From Candidatus Limnocylindrus sp. (GTDB lineage Bacteria; Chloroflexota; Limnocylindria; Limnocylindrales; Limnocylindraceae), in NCBI GenBank assembly GCA_040397215.1, contig JBBAWK010000005.1: 64,000 nt of DNA. The stretch is one strand, 5' to 3'. A program made the position numbers and the translations under genes. Shown here in pieces: positions 57,167 to 64,000 of this stretch. The notes under the pieces are model-generated. The model saw only the letters and a list, made by a program, of their open reading frames with translations. It did not search any database and was not told where the DNA came from. Positions within the stretch are counted from its first letter, which is position 1. Every line of letters starts with the position of its first letter.

Positions 57167-59730
57167 CAAAGGCTGCCACCAACCTCGTGATCGTCGAGTC
57201 GCCGGCCAAGGCCCAGACGATTGAGCGGTATCTCGGCCCCGATTACACCGTGCTCGCCTCTTATGGGCACATTCGGGATCTCCCCCAGAAGACGAAGAAG
57301 GGGAGCATGGCGGTGGACGTGGAGAACGGCTTCACGCCAGTCTACGAGATTATCGAAGATAAGCAGAAGCGCCTCGATGACATCACTCGTGCCGCAAAGA
57401 AGGCAACCTCCGTCTGGTTGGCAACCGACCTTGACCGTGAGGGGGAGGCGATCGCCTGGCATGTTGCCGAGGCCCTCGGGATCCCCGAGGCGGACCGACG
57501 CCGGGTGACCTTCAGCGAGATCACCAAGGGGGCCATCCTCGAGGCGTTTGCCCACCCCCGCGCGATCAACCTCGATCTTGTTAACGCTCAGCAGGCGCGC
57601 CGCATCCTGGATCGCCTCGTCGGCTATCGCCTTTCGCCGCTCCTCTCGCGACTCGTCAAGCCGAAGCTCTCGGCGGGGCGGGTGCAGTCGGTGGCACTCC
57701 GCCTCGTTGTGGAGCGCGAGCGCGTCATCCGCGCCTTTATCCCGCGTCATTACACCACCGTTGAAATTGGGATTCGCCCAGCCAGCGCTGTCGACCTGAT
57801 CGTCCCCGCCACCCTCATCGGTGAGAAGGGGGAGATCCTTGAGCTTGATCCAGAGGTAGCAGCAGCTGCCGTCACTCGACTCAATGGTGCCGACGCGGTT
57901 GTCGTGGATCGAAGCGAGGGGACGCGCAAGCAGCGCCCCGTTCCGCCATTCACCACATCAACACTGCAGCAGGAGGCGGGTCGCAAGCACGGCTTCCGCT
58001 CGCGCGTCACGATGCAGCTCGCCCAGAAGCTCTACGAGGGTGTGGAGATCGGCGGCGAGCGCACCGGCCTTATCACCTATATGCGCACTGATTCGCCAAC
58101 GCTGAGCCAGCAGGCCATCAGCGACGCCTCAGCGGTGATCCGTGAACGATTTGGCCCAGAGATGATCGTTGAGGGCGGCCGCCAGTACGCCTCAAAGTCA
58201 AAGAACGCACAAGAGGCCCACGAAGCGATTCGCCCAACCAATCTCGCCCTCACCCCCGAACTCGCTGCGCCATACATCGACGAACGCGAACTGAAGGTCT
58301 ACACGCTGATCTGGCGCCGCACAATTGCGTCGCAGATGCCCGACAAGCTCTCCGCCTCTACGACGTTGATCTGGAGCGCGGGAAGTGATCGCCTGAAGAC
58401 TGTTGCGACGCGAACACTTGAGCCAGGCTTCACAGCGGTCTATCTCGAGGGTCGCGATGACGAAGAAGAAGATGCTGAGGCGAAGGTCCCCGATCTGCCC
58501 GAGGGTTCGAAGGGGAGCGTTGCAACCGTCGAGGGTGTGGCGCATGCCACAAAGTCCGAGCCGCGCTTTACCGAACCGACGCTCGTCAAGGAGCTCGAGA
58601 AGTACGGCATCGGCCGACCATCCACCTACGCCGCCATTATTGAGCGCATTCAAGAGCGCGAATATGTCGACCGCGACAAAGATAATCGCCTTCGCGCCAC
58701 GCGCCTCGGCGAAACGGTATGCGACCTACTCACGACGCACTTCACCGCCTTCGTTGACCTCGGCTTCACCGCTGGCATGGAGGAGGAGCTTGATGCTGTG
58801 GCAGAGGGGCGCGCGAATTGGCGCGATGTCTTGCAGAAGTTCTGGAGCACCTTCGACCCACTCGTTCTCGAGAAGGCGCAGTCAATCGGTGCCGGAGAGT
58901 TCCGTAACCGCACCAGCGAAGAGAAGTGCTCAGAGGGGCATCCGATGGAGGAGCGCCTGGGGCGGTTCGGGTGGTATCTCGCCTGCACCCTCTATCCAGA
59001 GCATGCCGAGCGCAAGTCGCTCTCCAAGGTTATTGGCGACGACACGCCATCCGGCGACACGCCAACCCTTGAGGGCGCGGGCCTCCCGTGTCCAATGTGC
59101 GGTGCTGAACATGGCGGCAAGATGGCGCAGCGACGAAGCCGCTTCGGCTGGTTCCTCGGCTGCGATCGGTATCCAGAGTGCAAATACATTCCAAAGGCCG
59201 AGGTTCCCGCAGAGTTCAAGCTGGAGTTTGACGCGCTCTGCCCGGTCTGTGGCACCGAGCACGGCGGAAAGCTCGGCCCGAAGAAGAACAACAAGCGGGG
59301 CACCTACTTCTATTCGTGTAACCGCTACCCCGATTGCAAGACGATTCGACCACGTCCGTCGGGTGCGACACATGCCGAGTGTGGCGCCGTAATCGGTAAA
59401 GACGATGAGGGCGGCGTCTGCACGAAGTGTGGCGCGCGCGTGACGCTGCCAGAGGTGGTTGCCGTTGGATCGGTGATTGCGGGCGGTGAGCCTGATCCGC
59501 TCGCGTGGGTGCCGAAGCGCCCACGACGCGGTGCAGCAGCCTCAGCCGAGAGTGGCGCGAAGGCCGCTTCAAAGAGCAAGGCGAAGCCGAAGACGAAGGC
59601 CAAGGCGAAGCCGAAGAGTAAGGCGAAGCCGAAGGCTAAAGCGAAGGCGAAGAGCAAGGATCCCGCGGCGGAGCCTGTCGCCGTTGAGTCGGTCGCAGAG
59701 GCGCCCGCTGAACTGGTGGAAACGGCCTAA
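57163..59730 (+). CDS. topA: DNA topoisomerase I with C-terminal zinc-ribbon repeats and Lys-rich tail
   Basis: TOPRIM N-terminus LVIVESPAKAQTIERYLG. Several C4 zinc-ribbon motifs (CPMCGAEHGG...C..YPEC). The tail is KAKPKTKAKAKPKSKAKPKAKAKAK. ATGA overlap with dprA. Confidence 0.9.
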   Translation: MTKAATNLVIVESPAKAQTIERYLGPDYTVLASYGHIRDLPQKTKKGSMAVDVENGFTPVYEIIEDKQKRLDDITRAAKKATSVWLATDLDREGEAIAWHVAEALGIPEADRRRVTFSEITKGAILEAFAHPRAINLDLVNAQQARRILDRLVGYRLSPLLSRLVKPKLSAGRVQSVALRLVVERERVIRAFIPRHYTTVEIGIRPASAVDLIVPATLIGEKGEILELDPEVAAAAVTRLNGADAVVVDRSEGTRKQRPVPPFTTSTLQQEAGRKHGFRSRVTMQLAQKLYEGVEIGGERTGLITYMRTDSPTLSQQAISDASAVIRERFGPEMIVEGGRQYASKSKNAQEAHEAIRPTNLALTPELAAPYIDERELKVYTLIWRRTIASQMPDKLSASTTLIWSAGSDRLKTVATRTLEPGFTAVYLEGRDDEEEDAEAKVPDLPEGSKGSVATVEGVAHATKSEPRFTEPTLVKELEKYGIGRPSTYAAIIERIQEREYVDRDKDNRLRATRLGETVCDLLTTHFTAFVDLGFTAGMEEELDAVAEGRANWRDVLQKFWSTFDPLVLEKAQSIGAGEFRNRTSEEKCSEGHPMEERLGRFGWYLACTLYPEHAERKSLSKVIGDDTPSGDTPTLEGAGLPCPMCGAEHGGKMAQRRSRFGWFLGCDRYPECKYIPKAEVPAEFKLEFDALCPVCGTEHGGKLGPKKNNKRGTYFYSCNRYPDCKTIRPRPSGATHAECGAVIGKDDEGGVCTKCGARVTLPEVVAVGSVIAGGEPDPLAWVPKRPRRGAAASAESGAKAASKSKAKPKTKAKAKPKSKAKPKAKAKAKSKDPAAEPVAVESVAEAPAELVETA

Positions 59731-60692
59731 TGAGTCGGGGCCGCGAACCGGCTCCCGTGGCGCAGCTCTCTTCTGCTGCGACTGACCCGCGAATTGCTCC
59801 GTTCATCATTCACCTGCGCGCACGCGCGCTCTCCGCTGCAACAGAACGTTCGTACCGCACGGCGGTAGAGCGGCTCACCGCCTGGTACGACGAAGAGGGG
59901 ATTGATTGGCGCACGCCAAGTCGCGCTGACCTACGTCGCTACATCACGCTCCTCAGTGAAGATGGCGAGCGTTCGACCGTGCAGCAGCGGCTCGCCGCTC
60001 TCGGCACCTTCTACCGATTCTGGGTGCGGCAGGGGAGTGTGGCGAAGGATCCGCTGCATGCGCTCGCCCGACCGAAGCGTGAGAAGCGGCTCCCCGATGT
60101 CTTGTCGCAAGCGCAGGTGGAGCAGCTCATCGCGCAGGCGGCGATGGGCAACGCAGCCTGGCTGGCGCTTCGCGATACGGCGCTGATTGAACTGCTCTAC
60201 GGAGCCGGCCTACGTATTGCCGAAGTTGTGGCAATCAAGCTCGCCGACCTGCAGCTGGGACGCGGTGAGGTGAAGGTGACGGGGAAGGGTGACAAGCAGC
60301 GTGTCGCGCTCTTCGGCACACCGTGTCGCCGTGCCCTCGAAGCGTATCTCTCAGATGGCCGCCCTGTGCTTGCTGCGCTCGCCACTACCCCGGGCGCGGC
60401 ACTCTTCTTGAATCGGAGCGGTGGATCGCTCGGAGAGCGTGGCGCGCGCGCGCGACTTGACGACATCGCACGTGCCGCCGGTCTGCCGGAGGCCTTTCAC
60501 CCCCACACGTTGCGCCACTCGTTTGCCACACACCTCCTTGATGGCGGCGCGGACCTGCGCGTCGTGCAAGAGCTGCTCGGACACGAGAGCCTCGGAACGA
60601 CACAGGTCTACACCCATGTTTCAACGACGCGCCTACGCGGGCTATACAAGTCGGCGCACCCGCGCGCACGACGTGCAGGGGCGAAGCCATGA
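59730..60692 (+). CDS. xerC: tyrosine recombinase XerC/XerD
   Basis: C-terminal catalytic region RHSFATHLLDGGADLRVVQELLGHESLGTTQVYTHV (R..H..R..Y). 1-nt overlap with topA. Confidence 0.85.
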   Translation: MSRGREPAPVAQLSSAATDPRIAPFIIHLRARALSAATERSYRTAVERLTAWYDEEGIDWRTPSRADLRRYITLLSEDGERSTVQQRLAALGTFYRFWVRQGSVAKDPLHALARPKREKRLPDVLSQAQVEQLIAQAAMGNAAWLALRDTALIELLYGAGLRIAEVVAIKLADLQLGRGEVKVTGKGDKQRVALFGTPCRRALEAYLSDGRPVLAALATTPGAALFLNRSGGSLGERGARARLDDIARAAGLPEAFHPHTLRHSFATHLLDGGADLRVVQELLGHESLGTTQVYTHVSTTRLRGLYKSAHPRARRAGAKP

Positions 60693-62299
60693 CATGGCGT
60701 CGACGTAAGCCCGTTGCTCGTTCAAGCATTGCGCATGGCAGCTCTGTTCTCGCCGCCGGCGCATTGGCATCACGCATCGCTGGATGGGCGCGGATTACTG
60801 TCCTCGTTGCGGTCTTTGGGGCGACCGGAACGCTCGACCCATTCCTCGCCGCATTCCGCATTCCCGATATCGTGTTCGCGCTGGTTGCCGCAGGTTCTAT
60901 TGCAACCGTCCTCGTGCCGCAGTTGAGCACCCTCCTTGAGCGCGGCGAACGTCGCAGAGCCCAACGGCTCGTGGGCTCAGTGTTCGTCACCATGCTCTTC
61001 CTTCTCGGCCTCTTCTCGCTGGTGGTCGTCGTTGGTGCAAGTGGGCTCAGCGGCCTCTTGGTGGGTGGATTACCGAGCGCCCAGCAGCGCGAGGCGGCAG
61101 ACCTCAGCGTCATCCTGCTGGTGGCCACGATTGCGCTGGCACTCTCCGCCATCTGCACCAGTGCCGCCGCAGCGCGATCAAAGTTCGGCGTTACTGCAAT
61201 CACAGGTCTGGTGTATAGCGCGGGGACGATTGCCGGCGCGATGATTGGTGGGCGTGCCGCTGGAGGTTATGGCCCAGCGCTTGGTACCGCAGCGGGTGCG
61301 ATCGCTGTACTTGCAATCGCTGGCACCGTGCTGATTCGCAGCAACCTACGTCCTGCCCGACCGAACTTTCGTGATCCACTCCTGCGCGATGCCCTTCGTT
61401 CGCTCCTGCCACGCGTTGGCTCAGTCTTAATCGTGCAACTGCTGCTGGCCTACCTCATCTCACTCGCTGGCTCGACTGGGTCTGGTGCGATCACGATCTG
61501 GTCGTATGCGTTCGCGCTCCTGCAGGTTCCGCTCGCTTTGGTCACCTCTTCAATTGGCATCGCGATCCTGCCGAAGGTGGCGGCGCAGGCTACACGCGGA
61601 AATCTAGTTGCCGTGCGTACGTTGGCAACCTCGAGCATCGGTGCAGTCGTTTGGATGATGGCGCCTATCGCAGCGCTCGGTGCACTCTTCTCGTATGACG
61701 CAGTGCGTCTCGTTGTGGGCGGGAGCATCGATGACGCCTCTGCGGTCGCGACCGCCGATCTACTCCGGCTGCTCCTTATTGGCCTTGTTGCGCACGGGGT
61801 GATCTCGGTCGCGGTGCGCCTATTCTACGGCCTGCGCGATACCGCGCGCCCCACCATTGCCGAGATTGGCGGAAGCCTCGTGATCTTCGCCCTGGCCACC
61901 CTGTGGGTGCCGCTTGCTGGTGTTGCTGGCATTGCTACGTCACTCCCTCTCGGCACCTGGATTGAGGCGGTGGTCTTGCTTGCCCTGTTGGTTGCGCACA
62001 AACAGATCCTCAGCGCGGCCACGGTTGCCGGCATCGCCCTCTTTGCTGTCATTGCCGCGCTCCTTTCGGCGGGGCTTGCGACCGCGATCACACTGCCTCT
62101 CCTTGATGGCGCACGCCTTTCGGGGGTAGTTCCGGGTGCGGCGGTTGCGACACTCGGCACTGTCGTTGGACTTGCCGCCTATGTTGCCCTCACGATTCTG
62201 GCGCGCCGACGAGAGGCGCTCCCGCTGTTCCGCCGCATCGCACCACTTGCGCCAAAGAGGATGCGCGCGATTTTGCTGCGCGCTGAGGTGAGCGCATGA
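60689..62299 (+). CDS. murJ: lipid II flippase MurJ (MviN)
   Basis: 14-TM MOP-superfamily protein of 536 aa. Conserved N-terminal region (FGATGTLDPFLAAFRIPDIVF). Confidence 0.85.
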   Translation: MTWRRRKPVARSSIAHGSSVLAAGALASRIAGWARITVLVAVFGATGTLDPFLAAFRIPDIVFALVAAGSIATVLVPQLSTLLERGERRRAQRLVGSVFVTMLFLLGLFSLVVVVGASGLSGLLVGGLPSAQQREAADLSVILLVATIALALSAICTSAAAARSKFGVTAITGLVYSAGTIAGAMIGGRAAGGYGPALGTAAGAIAVLAIAGTVLIRSNLRPARPNFRDPLLRDALRSLLPRVGSVLIVQLLLAYLISLAGSTGSGAITIWSYAFALLQVPLALVTSSIGIAILPKVAAQATRGNLVAVRTLATSSIGAVVWMMAPIAALGALFSYDAVRLVVGGSIDDASAVATADLLRLLLIGLVAHGVISVAVRLFYGLRDTARPTIAEIGGSLVIFALATLWVPLAGVAGIATSLPLGTWIEAVVLLALLVAHKQILSAATVAGIALFAVIAALLSAGLATAITLPLLDGARLSGVVPGAAVATLGTVVGLAAYVALTILARRREALPLFRRIAPLAPKRMRAILLRAEVSA

Positions 62300-63375
62300 C
62301 GATCCGCCGCGTTGATCTGGGCTCTCTTGAGGCACAACGCGCGTGGGACGCGTGCGCCGTCGATGCGCCTGGCGGTGACGTACACCAGGGGAGTGCCTGG
62401 CTCACCTATCGAGCCAGACTTGGACGCGAAGCGATCGCTCTAGAGGCTGATGACGCCCCACTCGGCATCCTCCTGAATCGCGCCCCACTCTTCGGCCTCC
62501 CCAAAGGGCATGCGCCGCGTGGGCCACTCGCTCCGTGGGGCGCCACGGTCGCTCAGGCGGTGGCTGTTGCAGAGCGCATTCAGCGCGTCGCAACCTGGCT
62601 TGGAGCGGAGTATGGCCTCGTTGCACTAGATGCGGATCCGTGGCTGCCGGCTGGTGAGGCGACCGAGTCTGCGTTCCGTAACGCTGGACTCCAAAAAAGC
62701 GACGAGATCTTTCCGAGCCAACACACGATGGTGCTGCGCGCCAGCGCGACCGGAACATCGGAGGCTGACCTCTTTGAGGGGATCACCAAGAGCACTCGCC
62801 AGCGCATCACGCTCGCCGAGCGTGCAGGGTTCGTTGCCGAACGCATCACGCACCTCACTCCTGCTCCTGAGCGCACGGCACTGTGGGCCCAAGTGCAGCT
62901 CCTACTCGAGGCCACGGCGCAGCGCAAATCGTTCGCGCTCGGCTCATCGGCATCGATGATCCGCTGGTGGGATCAACTCGTTGCAACGGAACGCGCTGAG
63001 CTCCTCGCCGTCCGCGGCACCGCTGGCGCACTTGTCGCCTTCATCGTGATCTTGCGACACGGTGAACGCATCACCACCGACGCATCGGGTGACGATCCCA
63101 TCGCGCGAAAGGAGACGCCTGGCGCGCTTGCCCTGCTGCGTTGGACGGCGATCAAGATTGCTGCGGGGGAGCGCCGTATCACCGATCTCGGCGGCGTGGA
63201 TGTTGCTGGACATCGGGATGTTCCGGTTGAGGGCGACGCAATGCATGGCCTCTACGCCCACAAGGCGTCGTTCGGGGCAGTCTGGACGCCGATGGCGGGC
63301 GCACACCGCGCCGTCCTCCGCCCGCGTGCACTCCGCCTGCGTTCACTGCTCGGCCGAGTGCGAGGGGGTCGCTGA
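62296..63375 (+). CDS. FemAB-family (lipid II:amino-acid / peptidyl) transferase-like protein
   Basis: About 360-aa protein with GNAT-like duplicated fold (FemX-like). Wedged between murJ and murE with overlapping stops/starts. Confidence 0.6.
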   Translation: MTIRRVDLGSLEAQRAWDACAVDAPGGDVHQGSAWLTYRARLGREAIALEADDAPLGILLNRAPLFGLPKGHAPRGPLAPWGATVAQAVAVAERIQRVATWLGAEYGLVALDADPWLPAGEATESAFRNAGLQKSDEIFPSQHTMVLRASATGTSEADLFEGITKSTRQRITLAERAGFVAERITHLTPAPERTALWAQVQLLLEATAQRKSFALGSSASMIRWWDQLVATERAELLAVRGTAGALVAFIVILRHGERITTDASGDDPIARKETPGALALLRWTAIKIAAGERRITDLGGVDVAGHRDVPVEGDAMHGLYAHKASFGAVWTPMAGAHRAVLRPRALRLRSLLGRVRGGR

Positions 63376-64000
63376 TGAGCCGCCGTCCGCTGCGCGAACT
63401 GATTGCACGGCTGCAGGAGTTGCAGCTCCTGGCCGCTCCCGTATCGACGGACGTGATCATCACGAGCGCTCCCTCTCACGATTCGCGGCTGGTCACGACT
63501 GGTGGCATCTTTGTTGCGATCCCGGGCCGCACCGCAGACGGCGCAGTATTTATTGAGAGCGCTGTTGAGCGCGGCGCAGTCGCGGTATTGAGTGAGCAAG
63601 AGGGTGTCGCGAGCGTGCCGCTCGTCGTGGTTCGTGATGCGCGCGCTGCCCTTGCCGTTGCGGCGGCGTGGTGGGAGGGCAATCCAGCCGAAGAGCTCAT
63701 CGCAATCGGCGTGACGGGTACCGACGGTAAGACCACCACGTCAACGTTCCTCTCAACCGCACTCACCGCAGCTGGGCTGCGAACAGGTTTGATCTCAACG
63801 GCGATCAGCCGCATCGGTGGCACCCAGCGAGCGGCCGCTGCGCACCAGACCACGCCAGAGTCTCCCGCCTTGCAGCGCGCGTTGCGTGAGATGGTGGAGG
63901 CTGGCGATGAGGCGGCAGTCGTTGAGAGCACCAGTCACGGGTTGCAGCTGGAGCGCGTCGGCGCGATCGGGTTTGCCGCGGCAATCTACACGACCTTCTC
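63375..64000 (+). CDS. murE: UDP-N-acetylmuramoyl-L-alanyl-D-glutamate--2,6-diaminopimelate/lysine ligase, N-terminal part (3' end outside window)
   Basis: ATG at 63375 overlaps the femX-like stop. Mur ligase N-terminal domain and P-loop start (GVTGTDGKTTT at ~63710). Confidence 0.8.
   Translation, partial: MSRRPLRELIARLQELQLLAAPVSTDVIITSAPSHDSRLVTTGGIFVAIPGRTADGAVFIESAVERGAVAVLSEQEGVASVPLVVVRDARAALAVAAAWWEGNPAEELIAIGVTGTDGKTTTSTFLSTALTAAGLRTGLISTAISRIGGTQRAAAAHQTTPESPALQRALREMVEAGDEAAVVESTSHGLQLERVGAIGFAAAIYTTF

Noticed and set aside
59521-59700. Repetitive AAG/GCG-rich DNA that might look like a short tandem or CRISPR-like repeat
   Set aside because: It encodes the Lys/Ala-rich tail of topA, within a continuous reading frame. 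There are no spacer-repeat periodicity and no cas genes.
59730-60692. xerC as a possible integrase marking a mobile element next to a tRNA
   Set aside because: The tRNA is 10 kb away. The recombinase has the chromosomal XerC/D architecture. It is embedded by overlaps in the topA-murJ housekeeping string. No direct repeats or foreign-GC segment were seen.

Overview
High-GC (roughly 68-70% by eye) bacterial chromosomal window. Synteny and protein features (rplM-rpsI-glmM, alr...tsaE-tsaB-rimI-tsaD, ksgA-ispE, comM-dprA, Ala/Lys-rich tails on L30, L15 and TopA) point to an actinobacterium-like, possibly deep-branching, lineage. The window is almost entirely core genome, and nearly all genes sit on the + strand with 1-8 nt start/stop overlaps.

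Layout:
- 1-8.2 kb: the spc/alpha ribosomal cluster (rpsE...rplQ, rplM, rpsI) with secY, adk, map and infA. rpmJ (4396..4509) is real but below the ORF-track length cutoff.
- 8.2-22.4 kb: one long translationally coupled gene string, glmM-glmS-acpS-alr-X-tsaE-tsaB-rimI-tsaD-(ksgA-ispE fusion)-ridA-glmU-corC. X is an uncharacterised 556-aa protein.
- 22.4-35.4 kb: polyprenyl synthase (-), recO-crcB, a small membrane protein (-), a DUF4446 / UvrD-helicase-RecB-nuclease fusion / membrane-protein module, ureohydrolase-methyltransferase-murI, a nucleosidase (-), a CapA-family lipoprotein, and a divergently overlapping acidic-protein / FtsB-like pair.
- 35.4-49.6 kb: a nucleoside/deoxyribose catabolic island: two divergent aldehyde dehydrogenases plus a truncated non-catalytic paralog, deoC (-), add, a BMP-family lipoprotein with ABC ATPase and two permeases, two nucleoside hydrolases, and a low-molecular-weight protein tyrosine phosphatase (-).
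- 49.6-64 kb: tRNA-Met(CAU), then a second coupled string ftsH-M20 peptidase-tyrA-Nudix-like-comM-dprA-topA-xerC-murJ-femX-like-murE (3' partial).

No CRISPR array, transposase, integrase island or rRNA was seen. The most interesting items are the lone helicase-nuclease module with DUF4446, the unknown gene X inside the essential operon, the KsgA-IspE fusion, the catalytically dead ALDH paralog, and the tandem UUCG hairpins inside the ABC operon.
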